DNA of 64,000 nt from Candidatus Methanomethylophilaceae archaeon (GCA_050950505.1 JBMNHS010000001.1:352001-416000), one strand, 5' to 3'. Shown: positions 27,069 to 39,312, counted from the stretch's first letter. The notes: generated from the sequence alone by a model not told the origin. Made by a program: numbers and translations.

Positions 27069-27635
27069 TCAGAGTTTTATCGGCATCATCGTATCTTCGT
27101 AAGATACGAGATTCTGCACTATGTTCGTGATGAGTTCGTCTCCGTTATCGGTGACGGTGACAATTTTGCGTTCAATTTTGTAAATTATGCCGTCTTCCTG
27201 ACCCACATACCGCGTTATGGTTTCGTTTCCGTCTTCCTGAATATATACGTTCACCGGAACAATACCGTAATTCGTAGTCAAGAAATCATCTATTTCATGA
27301 GACAGTTCCCCGATCTGAGGTTCTGAAAAAAACTTCCATTTCGCGGCAAGATCGTAATCTTTCTTCACGTCTCCGATTTTGTAATGGACGTCGCTGACCG
27401 TGGACACTCTTTCGATGCCGAATATGTACATGTGGGTGGTACTGACCGTTCCGGACAGGGGAACTATGTATTTCACGCCGTCCGAATCCTCATATGAGTA
27501 TTGGCCGGATACTTCGTAATCGTACACCGTGGCCTCGTAGTCGGTTGCGAGCACGAATCCCACGCCGACCAACAAAGCGAATATCACCAACACACTCAGC
27601 ATCATGAGCAATACGGTACTGGTCTTTCTCTCCAT
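27069..27635 (-). CDS. hypothetical membrane-anchored or secreted protein
   Basis: N-terminal hydrophobic segment followed by a beta-rich region; fills the gap between lhr and rlmE. Confidence 0.7.
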   Translation of the reverse strand: MERKTSTVLLMMLSVLVIFALLVGVGFVLATDYEATVYDYEVSGQYSYEDSDGVKYIVPLSGTVSTTHMYIFGIERVSTVSDVHYKIGDVKKDYDLAAKWKFFSEPQIGELSHEIDDFLTTNYGIVPVNVYIQEDGNETITRYVGQEDGIIYKIERKIVTVTDNGDELITNIVQNLVSYEDTMMPIKL

Positions 27636-27695
27636 GAGCGCTTCCCATGTGAGGATAGCGGATATGTGGGTATATATCTAACGTCTGACGGACAA

Positions 27696-28379
27696 TCAGA
27701 TGAAGTCGCCCTTAACCGTGAATTCCCCCTCCTCCGATTCCGGTTCGGGTTCCACCAGTTCCACTTTTTTGTTTGCGCGGAACCCTTTGCATATAACGTA
27801 CACTTCGGAAGAGGTGTCACGGGTGGCGGCGGGGGTGTGGACCCTGACCGAAGAGAATCTTTCCTCGGTTTCCCTGCGAACCGTGTCGAACATATCGCCC
27901 ATGAAAACTTTCATGACCAGCCGTCCGCCTTTCCTGAGAATGCGGTCGCATACGTTTATCGCGTACATGGAAAGATGTACCGAACGCGCATGGTCCGTGG
28001 AATAATGACCGGCTATGTTCGGAGCCATGTCGGACAGGACAACATCGACTTTTTCACCGACCAGTTCCAACAGCTCCAACATCGTCGCGTCTTCGGTGAT
28101 GTCCCCCCTGATGGTTTCCACACCTTCGAGGGGCTTGATGCTTCTCAGATCCAAACCTATGACTTTGCCGGATTCGCCCACTCTTTCCTTGGCGACCTGC
28201 AACCAGCCTCCCGGGAACGCTCCCAAATCCGCAACGCGGTCGCCTTCTTTGAAAATGTTGAATCTGTCGTCTATCTGCAATAGTTTGTACGAAGCTCTGG
28301 AACGGTAACCTTCTTTCTTTGCTAGCCGGTAATACCGTTCCTGCCTTCTCTCCTGTACCCATCTATCGCGCAACGTCAT
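27696..28379 (-). CDS. rlmE: 23S rRNA Um2552 methyltransferase (FtsJ/RrmJ)
   Basis: YRSRASYKL, DLGAFPGGW, VVLSDMAP and SSEVY motifs. Confidence 0.95.
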   Translation of the reverse strand: MTLRDRWVQERRQERYYRLAKKEGYRSRASYKLLQIDDRFNIFKEGDRVADLGAFPGGWLQVAKERVGESGKVIGLDLRSIKPLEGVETIRGDITEDATMLELLELVGEKVDVVLSDMAPNIAGHYSTDHARSVHLSMYAINVCDRILRKGGRLVMKVFMGDMFDTVRRETEERFSSVRVHTPAATRDTSSEVYVICKGFRANKKVELVEPEPESEEGEFTVKGDFI

Positions 28380-28459
28380 GGCCGACTCATTGTGTTAATC
28401 TTTAAACCCTTTTTCCTACGTGATAAATATAGGGATGGAGCTTTCAAGGAACGAGTGTC

Positions 28460-29476
28460 ATGAACGAATGGACTTACGAAAAAGCAGGAGTCAGCATCGA
28501 CCGCAAATCCGATGCCATCGAAGCTCTTGTGAGCGAATTGATATATCGCCGCGAAGGAAAAGGGCAAAATGTCAGAAAAACGGGATTGTTTGCCAGCCTC
28601 ATAGATTACGGCGATGAGTATCTTACATTGGCCACCGACGGAGTCGGCACCAAACTGATGGTCGCTCAGGCCATGGACAAGTGGGAAACCGTCGGCATCG
28701 ACTGTGTCGCCATGAACGTCAACGACACCATCTGCGTAAATTCGGAACCCATGTCCTTCGTGGATTACGTAGCGATCAAAGATCCCAACCCTAATGTTAC
28801 CCGGGCCATCGGAATCGGACTGAACAAAGGCGCCGAAATGTCCAACATGGACATCGTCGGAGGCGAAATTGCCGTACTTCCCGAAATCGTAAAAACCAAC
28901 GACCTGTCGGGAACCTGTCTCGGCCGCGTCAAGAAAGAAGATGTCATTACCGGTGAAAACTGTGAAGAAGGGGATTTGATCGTGGCTTTGAAATCTTCCG
29001 GGATACACTCCAACGGTCTGACCCTTGCCAGAAAAGTTTTCGAAAACGCGGGATTCGGACTCATGGACCGGGCTCCAGGACTCAAGGACACCGTGGGCGA
29101 GAGTCTGTTGGTTCCCACCGAGATATACGTGAAACAGGTTTTGGACATCACGTCCAAATTCAACGTTCACGGATTAATCAACATCACCGGGGGAGGTCTC
29201 CGAAATCTTCTCAGAATGAGAACGGGGCTTCATTACATCATTGACGATCCGATGCCCCCCTGCGACATATTCAACGTCATACAGAAACTCGGCAACGTAT
29301 CCATCGGTGAAATGTATCAAACCTTCAACATGGGAATGGGATTTCTGATCATCGCACCTTCCCTGGACGCCGAATCCATCGTAAGGGAATACGACAACGC
29401 CCAGGTCGTGGGAAGAGTCGAGAAGGGCACCGGGGTTCTGTACGAACCGGACAACATAGTCTACGAACGTTACTGA
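28460..29476 (+). CDS. purM: phosphoribosylformylglycinamidine cyclo-ligase (AIR synthetase)
   Basis: TDGVGTK, DCVAMNVND, SSGIHSNG and FNMGMG motifs. Confidence 0.96.
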   Translation: MNEWTYEKAGVSIDRKSDAIEALVSELIYRREGKGQNVRKTGLFASLIDYGDEYLTLATDGVGTKLMVAQAMDKWETVGIDCVAMNVNDTICVNSEPMSFVDYVAIKDPNPNVTRAIGIGLNKGAEMSNMDIVGGEIAVLPEIVKTNDLSGTCLGRVKKEDVITGENCEEGDLIVALKSSGIHSNGLTLARKVFENAGFGLMDRAPGLKDTVGESLLVPTEIYVKQVLDITSKFNVHGLINITGGGLRNLLRMRTGLHYIIDDPMPPCDIFNVIQKLGNVSIGEMYQTFNMGMGFLIIAPSLDAESIVREYDNAQVVGRVEKGTGVLYEPDNIVYERY

Positions 29477-30012
29477 TTCAGAAGCGCGTGGATTGCCCCC
29501 GACACCGCGCCTATCGCGGTGCAGGTTTCCAACGAATAGTTGCCGCCGGTCACGTCAAAAGTATGTTTGGGTATGGACGCCACGTTTTTGGGCACTCCGT
29601 GGGGTCCGATGCCGAACACCAGCAATATTCCCGAGCCGTTGTCGATTTCGTTTACAATCCAGGACAGATTCACACTTCTGGAACTGTCTTTGGAACTTGT
29701 GGTCAGTACGGGAACGCCCAATTGCGGAGGAAATCCTTTTGTGGGATACGGGAACGTGGAAAATCTTCCTTTCTCCGCCAAATCCACGAAATATTCCCCG
29801 CCTCCGCCTATGCTTGTGGTGGTTGCGATCCACTCGGCAATTTCCACCGGAGTTTTTATTTCCTCGGGAAGAGGGAATCCGAAAAGCGCAAGGTTCATGT
29901 CGAAAGCCATGGCAATTCCGCCGGTGCGGGCAATGACCCTTCTGTGAGGTTCCCTGAATTTTTTAGGGTCGTAAGAATTGTAGAGTCCTATCGTAATCCG
30001 TCCTTTTCCCAT
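29470..30012 (-). CDS. DUF531-family putative SPOUT RNA methyltransferase
   Basis: TIGLYNSYDP, GFPPQLG, FGIGPHG and SLETCTAIG motifs. Confidence 0.8.
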   Translation of the reverse strand: MGKGRITIGLYNSYDPKKFREPHRRVIARTGGIAMAFDMNLALFGFPLPEEIKTPVEIAEWIATTTSIGGGGEYFVDLAEKGRFSTFPYPTKGFPPQLGVPVLTTSSKDSSRSVNLSWIVNEIDNGSGILLVFGIGPHGVPKNVASIPKHTFDVTGGNYSLETCTAIGAVSGAIHALLNQ

Positions 30013-30093
30013 TCAGATGCCCCCGGGATTATTTTGAAATCCGGGAATTTGATGACATTGACGTATTCCGTCAGTCATGAAATATTGATAATG

Positions 30094-30169
30094 TGGTGCC
30101 ACGAGCCGGACTTGAACCAGCGACCTCATGATCTTCAGTCATGCACTCTCCCAACTGAGTTACCGTGGC
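30094..30169 (-). tRNA. tRNA-Phe(GAA)
   Basis: GCCACGG 5' end, CATGA-CTGAAGA-TCATG anticodon arm, encoded CCA. Confidence 0.95.
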
Positions 30170-30271
30170 TTAGGCCCCCTTATGCGAGGAGGTCTTATAA
30201 AGTTTACTGGGTGCGCGGAGCCGTTCCTTCTTCCGAATTTCCTTAAAAATCGGTGATGAAAATATATCGGA

Positions 30272-30338
30272 GCGACGGCCGCAGCACATGCGGCCGTCGC
30301 GGAAACGGGGCAACCGAGGTTAAAGCTGTCCCGTTTCC
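30272..30338 (-). terminator. two back-to-back GC-rich hairpins just downstream of gyrA
   Basis: GCGACGGCCGCA-5nt-TGCGGCCGTCGC (12/12) at 30272-30300 and GGAAACGGGGCA...TGTCCCGTTTCC (11/12) at 30301-30338. Confidence 0.55.
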
Positions 30339-30350
30339 GACTCAAGGGGT

Positions 30351-32918
30351 TTAATCTTCTTCCTGTTCCTCTTCCCACTGATGGGGAACGTCCTCATCCT
30401 CTTCCGGGACGGGGATTTCCGGAACCGGAACTTTCTCGGTTTCGGGAATGTGTTCGACGACGTCCATGATGTCGTCGTCTTCGACCACGGATTCCACGGC
30501 GGTGACTTTGTCCCCGTCATGAAGTTCCATGATTTTCACTCCCTGGGTATTGCGGCTGGTCTGACGTATGCTTTCCACCGCGATTCTGAGAATTTTCCCT
30601 TCGACGCTGTTGAGCATCAGTTCTTCGCCCACGGCAACCTTTCTCACGGAAACCACACCGCCGTTCCTTTCGGTGGTGCGGATGGTTATGACTCCTTTTC
30701 CGCCTCTCTTGGTGAGACGGTATTCGTCCACCGACGTCACTTTTCCGAATCCGTTTTCAGTCACGGTCAGAAGAGTGTCTTCGGGTTTCACCACGGCCAT
30801 GGACACGGCGACGTCGCCTTTGTTGAGGGTGATTCCCTTCACGCCCATGGTATCCCTTCCGGAAGGACGCACGTCATCCTGGTTGAATCTGACCGCCAGA
30901 CCGTTGCGGGAGGCGATGATTATTTCGTCGCCTTCGGTGCATATGTCGGTCTCGATCAATTTTCTTCCGGGCAGAAGTTTGATGGCTTTTATGCCCACTC
31001 TGCGCACGTTTCCGTAAGCGCTCAGCCTTGTTTTCTTGACTATGCCGTCATCGGTGCAGAACACCAGGTACTTGTCGTCGGAGAATTCGGACACGCAGAT
31101 GGTGTTGACTATCGTTTCCCCCTCGTCCAAATCCTCAATCAGGTTCACGATGGGTTTGCCTCTGGAATGTCTGCTTCCCTCGGGAATTCTGTATCCCTTG
31201 AGCCAGTGGAGACGTCCCTGATCCGAAATGAACATGACGTAATCGTGGGAAGAGGAGATGAACATGTTGGAAACATGATCTTCGTCCTTGGTCTGCATTC
31301 CCATGAGACCCACGCCTCCGCGTCCCTGCTGTCTGTACGTGGACAGGGGTATGCGTTTGATGTAGTTGTCTTTGGTGATGGTTATCACAACATCCTCTTT
31401 GGGAATCAAATCCTCTTCATCGGTATCGATGTCGAAAGGACTTATTTCCGTGCGGCGCTCATCCCCGAACTCGTCGCGCAGCTGGGTCAGTTCATCCTTG
31501 ATGATTTGGAGAATGCGGGGTTCGTGGGCAAGAATGTCTTTCAGATCCGTCATGGTTTTGATCAGTTCGTCGTACTCCTCGCGGAGCGTCTCGATTTCCA
31601 GGCCGGTAAGCCTCTGAAGACGCATGTCCAGAATCGCCTTTGCCTGTTCCTGATCGATTTCCAGCAGTTCCTGAAGCCCTTCGTTGGCTTCCTCGCCGCT
31701 GGCGGAGGCGCGGATGAGCGCCAGGGTCTCGTCCAATCTTCCCAAAGCTTTGATCAGACCGTTCACGATGTGGAATCTCTTCTCGGCCACCCTGAGATCG
31801 TATTCGGTTCTGCGCCTTACCACTTCGTTCCGGTGTTCGGTGTAGTGGAAAATCATGTCCCGAAGGGTCAGGAGGGTGGGTTTATTGTTCACCAGAGCCA
31901 GATTGATTATCCCGAAGGTGGTCTGCAAATCCGTCCTCTTGAACAGATTTTCGAGAACCACGTTAACTATGGCGTCCCGGTGAAGTTCGATGACTATGCG
32001 CATGCCGTCCCGGTCCGACTCGTCGCGCAGATCCGTGATGCCTTCGATATCTTTGTTTCTGACACGGTCGGCGATGCGTTCGATAAGAACGGCTTTGTTG
32101 ACCTGATACGGCAACTCGTCGACGACGATGCGGGATTTCCCGTTTTCCATCTCTTCTATGTGAGTTTTGGCCCTGACTCTGAGCCGTCCCCTTCCGGTTC
32201 TGTAGGCTTCCCTTATTCCGGACAGGCCGTGAATCACACCGCCGGTGGGGAAGTCGGGGCCGGTGACGATTTCGTTGAGATCGTCGTTGGTGGCTTCCGG
32301 GTTGTCTATGAAGTAAATGATTGCGTTACATACTTCCGTGAGATTGTGGGGGGCCATCTTTGTGGCCATTCCCACTGCGATTCCGTCGGAACCGTTGACC
32401 AGAAGGTTGGGGAACTTCGACGGCAGAACCGAGGGCTCTTTCAAAGAACCGTCATAGTTGTCGACGAAATCCACGGTTTCCTTATCGATGTCCGCAAGCA
32501 TGTCCGCGGAGAGTTTGGCGAGTTTCGCTTCGGTGTAACGCATCGCGGCGGCGGGATCCCCGTCCATGGAACCGAAGTTTCCCTGACCGTCCACCAAAGG
32601 ATATCTCAGTGAGAAGTCCTGTGCCATCCTTACCATCGAATCATAAGCGGAGGTGTCTCCGTGAGGATGGTATTTGGCCAACACTTCACCCACCACTTTG
32701 GCGGATTTGCTGTATGAACGGTTGTGGTGCATGCCCATGTCGTGCATGGCGTAGAGTATCTTGCGGTGAACGGGTTTGAATCCGTCACGGGCGTCGGGAA
32801 GGGCACGTCCGACGATGACGCTCATCGAATAATCGATGTAGGAGCGTTTCATCTCTTTTTCAATCGTCTGGTTCAATATTTTTCCGTCTGCCGTTTCTTC
32901 AATGTAATTCTCAGTCAT
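30351..32918 (-). CDS. gyrA: DNA gyrase subunit A
   Basis: YHPHGD, catalytic AAAMRYTE, GyrA-box QGRGGVG, pinwheel repeats and an acidic tail; start MTENY at 32918. Confidence 0.97.
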   Translation of the reverse strand: MTENYIEETADGKILNQTIEKEMKRSYIDYSMSVIVGRALPDARDGFKPVHRKILYAMHDMGMHHNRSYSKSAKVVGEVLAKYHPHGDTSAYDSMVRMAQDFSLRYPLVDGQGNFGSMDGDPAAAMRYTEAKLAKLSADMLADIDKETVDFVDNYDGSLKEPSVLPSKFPNLLVNGSDGIAVGMATKMAPHNLTEVCNAIIYFIDNPEATNDDLNEIVTGPDFPTGGVIHGLSGIREAYRTGRGRLRVRAKTHIEEMENGKSRIVVDELPYQVNKAVLIERIADRVRNKDIEGITDLRDESDRDGMRIVIELHRDAIVNVVLENLFKRTDLQTTFGIINLALVNNKPTLLTLRDMIFHYTEHRNEVVRRRTEYDLRVAEKRFHIVNGLIKALGRLDETLALIRASASGEEANEGLQELLEIDQEQAKAILDMRLQRLTGLEIETLREEYDELIKTMTDLKDILAHEPRILQIIKDELTQLRDEFGDERRTEISPFDIDTDEEDLIPKEDVVITITKDNYIKRIPLSTYRQQGRGGVGLMGMQTKDEDHVSNMFISSSHDYVMFISDQGRLHWLKGYRIPEGSRHSRGKPIVNLIEDLDEGETIVNTICVSEFSDDKYLVFCTDDGIVKKTRLSAYGNVRRVGIKAIKLLPGRKLIETDICTEGDEIIIASRNGLAVRFNQDDVRPSGRDTMGVKGITLNKGDVAVSMAVVKPEDTLLTVTENGFGKVTSVDEYRLTKRGGKGVITIRTTERNGGVVSVRKVAVGEELMLNSVEGKILRIAVESIRQTSRNTQGVKIMELHDGDKVTAVESVVEDDDIMDVVEHIPETEKVPVPEIPVPEEDEDVPHQWEEEQEED

Positions 32919-32922
32919 GTTA

Positions 32923-34839
<1,917 letters not shown>

Positions 34840-34883
34840 TCATCTGATTCCGATGCTCACTATGCTTCCCTATGCATCACCCC

Positions 34884-34918
34884 TATATATACACGCGTGT
34901 AGCGCGCACGCGCGCGCG
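34884..34918. promoter_or_regulatory. TATA box contiguous with an alternating purine-pyrimidine tract in the gyrB/thiC divergent intergenic region
   Basis: TATATATACACGCGTGTA-GCGCGCACGCGCGCGCG read directly from the sequence. Confidence 0.6.
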
Positions 34919-34987
34919 AGAAAACCCATTTTTCCGGCGTCGGGAACAGTAAAATAAAGATAGACGGATTTGCGGGACGGGTATTCT

Positions 34988-36280
34988 ATGAGCACCATAA
35001 TGGAACAGGCGCGCAGAGGCGGTTGCAAAGAGCTCGTGCGCAAAATTGCCGAAAAGGAAAGGGTCAGTGAAGAGTTCGTCCGAAACGGGATAGCATCGGG
35101 ACGCATCGTCGTTCCCCTCAATCCCGTGCACAATCCGGAACCCTGCGCCATCGGAGAAGGCCTCAGCGTCAAGGTCAACGTGAATCTGGGCACTTCGAGG
35201 GACATCGCCGACATCGATGCAGAATTGGAAAAGTTGGAAGTTTCCCTGAAATACGGTGCCGATTCCGTTATGGATCTCAGCACCGGCGGGGACATAGACA
35301 CCATCAGAACCCGTTTGCTGAAAGAATGCCCCGTGATCATGGGTTCCGTGCCCATCTATCAGACCGGTCTCACGGCGGCGAGAAACAACGCCGTCGTGGA
35401 CATGAGCGAGGACGATATTTTCAACGGAATCGAAAAACACGCGAAAGACGGAATGGACTTCATGACCGTTCACTGCGGCATTACCAAAGAGTCCGTGAAA
35501 TGGCTTAAACGGGCCGACAGACTGATGGACGTGGTTTCCAGAGGCGGTTCCTTCCTTACCGCTTGGATTCTCCACAACGAAGAAGAGAACCCGCTTTACA
35601 GGAATTACGATTATCTTTTGGAAATGGCCCGGAAGCATGAATTCACCCTTTCCCTGGGCGACGGGTTCAGACCCGGCTGCATTTCGGATGCCACCGACCA
35701 GGCTCAGATATCAGAACTTATGACACTGGGTCATCTTGTAAAAAGGGCAAGGGAAGCCGGCGTTCAATCCATGGTGGAGGGACCGGGACACGTTCCCCTC
35801 GGACAGGTTCCCATGAACGTCGAACTTGAAAAACGACTGTGCGACGGCGCTCCGTTTTATGTCCTGGGGCCTTTGGTCACGGACATTGCGCCGGGATACG
35901 ACCATCTGGTGGGAGCGATCGGCGGAGCCGTCGCCGCCCAGGCGGGAGCAGATTTCCTTTGTTATCTTACCCCGGCGGAACATCTGTCCCTTCCCGACGC
36001 CGATGACGTGCGGGAAGGAGTGATCGCGTCAAAGATTGCGGCGCATATCGGAGATCTCGCAAGAGGAAAAGACCGTGAAATGGACGATGCCATGGCAAAG
36101 GCCCGCAAGAGATTGGATTGGGACACCATGTTCGAAGTCTGCTTGGATCCCGACAAGGCCCGGGAATATCGGGCAAGAGGGTGCACAGAGCACGAAGACG
36201 GCTGTTCGATGTGCGGGGATGTCTGCGCGGTCAAGATTGTCAACAAATATCTGACCAAAAACACCGACCTAATCAAATGA
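34988..36280 (+). CDS. thiC: ThiC-family radical SAM enzyme (phosphomethylpyrimidine synthase; BzaF-type paralog not excluded)
   Basis: KVNVNLGTS, MDLSTGG, VSRGGS, EGPGH, PAEHL and CSMCG..C motifs. Confidence 0.85.
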   Translation: MSTIMEQARRGGCKELVRKIAEKERVSEEFVRNGIASGRIVVPLNPVHNPEPCAIGEGLSVKVNVNLGTSRDIADIDAELEKLEVSLKYGADSVMDLSTGGDIDTIRTRLLKECPVIMGSVPIYQTGLTAARNNAVVDMSEDDIFNGIEKHAKDGMDFMTVHCGITKESVKWLKRADRLMDVVSRGGSFLTAWILHNEEENPLYRNYDYLLEMARKHEFTLSLGDGFRPGCISDATDQAQISELMTLGHLVKRAREAGVQSMVEGPGHVPLGQVPMNVELEKRLCDGAPFYVLGPLVTDIAPGYDHLVGAIGGAVAAQAGADFLCYLTPAEHLSLPDADDVREGVIASKIAAHIGDLARGKDREMDDAMAKARKRLDWDTMFEVCLDPDKAREYRARGCTEHEDGCSMCGDVCAVKIVNKYLTKNTDLIK

Positions 36281-37053
36281 AAATCCATCCGCTGAACGGA
36301 ACCCAGACTGACGGCAAGAAGACCGGATTCTGGGATGTTTTCGCTGAAACGTATACCTCCGAACCCCAGGGGAACATGCCTGAAAAAATCGTGGAATGGT
36401 TGTGCGAAACAGACATTCTGGGTTATGACACCGAAGTGTTGGAGATAGGCAGCGGTCCCGGAACCTATTCGTTCCCATTGGCCGCCGTTTCGAAAAAGGT
36501 CACCTGTCTTGATTCCTCGGCCGGAATGCTGAAAAGACTGAAAGACAGAATGGATTCCGAAGGGGTGACCAACCTGGAAACCGTGAACGGGGATTGGGAT
36601 TCTTTCGATTCCGGCAGGAAATGGGACGTGGTTGCGGCAACTCTGTGTTCCTTTCTCGGCACCCCGGATTCCTTGGATAAAATGGATTCCCTGGCCGTGA
36701 AACATTGCGTAATGGTCTCCTGGATAAGAAATCACAATGACGATCTTCAGGACGAAATATGGGCCGAATTGGGCAAAGAATACAGTTTTTCCGAAAGAAC
36801 CACAGACCGAATTACAGAGATTCTGGAATCCACGGGAAGAACTTTCGAAAACAGGGAGTTTGAAGACCGTATCCGCACGAGAATCCCGGTGGCGGAAGCC
36901 GTGAAGAGGAACGCGTCAACGTTTTCCGTGTTCGGACTTGAAGACAAAGCCGGAAAGATTGCGGAACGAATCATAAAGGAACGGTCAACGGACGGCATTT
37001 ACGCCCTTGACGTGACGAACGCGTTGCGTGTGACCGTTTGGAATCCCGTTTAA
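36277..37053 (+). CDS. class I SAM-dependent methyltransferase
   Basis: VLEIGSGPG and LDSSAGML motifs; ATG overlaps the thiC stop (ATGA). Confidence 0.85.
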   Translation: MKIHPLNGTQTDGKKTGFWDVFAETYTSEPQGNMPEKIVEWLCETDILGYDTEVLEIGSGPGTYSFPLAAVSKKVTCLDSSAGMLKRLKDRMDSEGVTNLETVNGDWDSFDSGRKWDVVAATLCSFLGTPDSLDKMDSLAVKHCVMVSWIRNHNDDLQDEIWAELGKEYSFSERTTDRITEILESTGRTFENREFEDRIRTRIPVAEAVKRNASTFSVFGLEDKAGKIAERIIKERSTDGIYALDVTNALRVTVWNPV

Positions 37054-37060
37054 AAGTGAA

Positions 37061-37135
37061 TGGAGCCACTGGAGGGAATCGAACCCCCGACCAACGGTTT
37101 ACGAAACCGTCGCTCTACCGCTGAGCCACAGTGGC
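37061..37135 (-). tRNA. tRNA-Thr(CGU)
   Basis: GCCACTG/CAGTGGC acceptor stem, ACGGT-TTCGTAA-ACCGT arm, encoded CCA. Confidence 0.93.
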
Positions 37136-37186
37136 ATATGGAGCACGAATAGACTACAGCTTTTAAATGTTTACACGGATTTCGCG

Positions 37187-37993
37187 TCACCGGAATCTCG
37201 GGAACATGCTCTTGAAATACAACGCGTCCTTGGTGGTTTCCGGGGATTCGCATATGAATGTGCAGTCTCCGCCGTAACCGTTCATGATGTCGGCGAGCAG
37301 CTGCATGTCAGGTTCTTTGTGATTCAACGTCAAATGCTTCTTTTCGCCTTTGTCGCCGTAGTCAATGCCGCTTATGTGAAAGTGCGCTATGTCACCGCAC
37401 AGGGAAAGAAACTGATTCGTAAGATTTTTCATGTCTTCCTCGGTTTTCAACGCACCCACGCCCCTGGCGTGCACGTGTGCCACGTCGAGGACCGGACGGA
37501 CTCCGTCGACTTCTTCCATAATTTCGCTTATTTCGTCCAACGTCCCGAACTGACCCTGTTTTCCCATGGTTTCCACGCCGAGGATAACGTCGTCAATCCC
37601 TTCGTTGTCCATGTTGTCCCTGCAGATTGTGAGTCCTTCGATGACGGAATCCAACGCCTCTTTGGGTTTTTTGCCGTAAGTGGCGGCATGAATGACGATT
37701 ATGTAAGCTCCCATGAGATGGGCGGTCCGGGCCGTGTCCATGACCCATTCCACACTTCTTTTCCGGGTTTCCGGCTTGTCGGAATTGAAACTGATGTAAT
37801 ACGGGGCGTGACAAGAAAGTCTGATATCGAGTTCTTTCGCTTTTTCACCTATCTTCAAGGCGCGTTCCTCCGCCATCTTCGCTCCCCTTACCAAACCCAC
37901 TTCCAACGCGTCAAGGCCGATGGATCTGGTATATTCCAAAGCGCCGAAGGCATCCTTGCCTTCGGAAGGATATCCCGCCGGTCCGAATCTCAT
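37187..37993 (-). CDS. nfo: endonuclease IV (AP endonuclease family 2)
   Basis: HAPYYI, ETMGK...FG, DVAHVHAR and HFHISG motifs. Confidence 0.9.
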   Translation of the reverse strand: MRFGPAGYPSEGKDAFGALEYTRSIGLDALEVGLVRGAKMAEERALKIGEKAKELDIRLSCHAPYYISFNSDKPETRKRSVEWVMDTARTAHLMGAYIIVIHAATYGKKPKEALDSVIEGLTICRDNMDNEGIDDVILGVETMGKQGQFGTLDEISEIMEEVDGVRPVLDVAHVHARGVGALKTEEDMKNLTNQFLSLCGDIAHFHISGIDYGDKGEKKHLTLNHKEPDMQLLADIMNGYGGDCTFICESPETTKDALYFKSMFPRFR

Positions 37994-38109
37994 GAGACCT
38001 GGACGGAAGTATTGCTATTTCAGTATTGTCAAACCTTCCGTCGATATCTGGCTCTTAACAATGCTTCATCACGGCAAAGGATTACTATCCGTAAAGCATC
38101 GGAACTTGC

Positions 38110-38907
38110 GTGCAAATTGAATTGGATGTGGCGCTGGATCCCACATTGGGATGCGGACAGGCCCACCGGTGGAAAAAAGAAGACGGCGTCTGGAAAGGCG
38201 TCATCGGCAATAACGTGATAACATTGACCCAGACCGAAAACGGTTTCGAGTTTGAAGGTTGTGACAGGAACCTTCTTCTCGATTATTTCAGACACGGAGA
38301 CGATTTGTCTTCAATAATAAATGAAATTTCCGGAAAGGATGATTTCGTCGCAGATCTGGCTCTTAAATGCCCCGGTCTCAGGATACTGAAACAGGACCCC
38401 TGGGAATGCACCGCCACGTATATTCTTGCCACCAACGCAAACGTGAAGAGAATCGGGAAGATGGTGGAATCGGTCTGCAGCACTTTCGGCACGGATCTCG
38501 GAGAAGCTTATTCCTTCCCTTCGCCGGGTCAGATTCTAGACAAATCCGATTGCATCGAAGACTGCAGGTTGGGATACAGGACGGAAAGATTCCTGGGATT
38601 CGCAAGAATGGTGGACGAAGGGGAATTCAATCTGAAAGAACTCATGAAGGCCGATTACGGGGAATGCGTGACCGAATTGAAGAAGGTGCCCGGCGTCGGT
38701 CCGAAAGTCGCCGATTGCACCGCATTGTTTGCTTTCGGGCATCTTGAGTCGTTTCCGGTGGACGTCCGGATTTCAAAAATAATGAAGGAAGTTTACGGTG
38801 TCGAAGGCAACAACGAAAAGATTGCCGAAGCCGGACGGAGAATGTTCGGAAGGTACGCCGGATACGCTCAGGAACTTCTCTATCATTCCGGCGAGATTCC
38901 CTCTTGA
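38110..38907 (+). CDS. ogg: 8-oxoguanine DNA glycosylase (HhH-GPD, Ogg1-like)
   Basis: TLGCGQAHRW, GLRILKQDPWE, PGVGPKVADC, FPVDV and YAGYAQ motifs. Confidence 0.9.
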   Translation: MQIELDVALDPTLGCGQAHRWKKEDGVWKGVIGNNVITLTQTENGFEFEGCDRNLLLDYFRHGDDLSSIINEISGKDDFVADLALKCPGLRILKQDPWECTATYILATNANVKRIGKMVESVCSTFGTDLGEAYSFPSPGQILDKSDCIEDCRLGYRTERFLGFARMVDEGEFNLKELMKADYGECVTELKKVPGVGPKVADCTALFAFGHLESFPVDVRISKIMKEVYGVEGNNEKIAEAGRRMFGRYAGYAQELLYHSGEIPS

Positions 38908-39284
38908 ACGGCAATGTCGGGCAGAGCGCATCTCGGAGGATTGTATCCCGTGTATTCCTTGTAAATTTCGGCAAGCATGCCGCTGTTTTTGACGACAGCA
39001 CACAGTCTGCAGACTTCGGTTGCGAAATCCGCGTCCTCCAACGCCAACCGTCCGGAAGAAATTTTAATCTCGTCGGTGAAAACTTCGTAAAATTCACTGT
39101 TCTGAATTATTTCGTTCTCTCCTCTCTTCTTTTTGAGATACTGTGAAATCGCGGCATCGGTCACTTCAAATTTCCTTGCGACGTCTGCCTGTTTCATACC
39201 GTATGTCGTCACAAGTTCTTTTGCGATCTCCCTCCGTATCGCGGGAAGAACGTACCAAACCACAATCTCACAGGGAACTTTCAT
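38883..39284 (-). CDS. HTH transcriptional regulator (COG2522-like)
   Basis: PCEIVVWYVLPAIRR...QADVA...TDAAISQY...C..C. Confidence 0.83.
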   Translation of the reverse strand: MKVPCEIVVWYVLPAIRREIAKELVTTYGMKQADVARKFEVTDAAISQYLKKKRGENEIIQNSEFYEVFTDEIKISSGRLALEDADFATEVCRLCAVVKNSGMLAEIYKEYTGYNPPRCALPDIAVQEGISPE

Positions 39285-39312
39285 AGAAATTAACAATAGT
39301 TCATTCTATATA

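Noticed and set aside
34920-34987. TPP riboswitch upstream of the ThiC-family gene
   Set aside because: There is no GCTGAGA-type core, and the space after the AT-rich box is too short.
37061-37135. tRNAs as integration sites for mobile elements
   Set aside because: No integrase and no duplicated tRNA 3' ends were seen near any of the five tRNAs, and the flanks are core-type genes.
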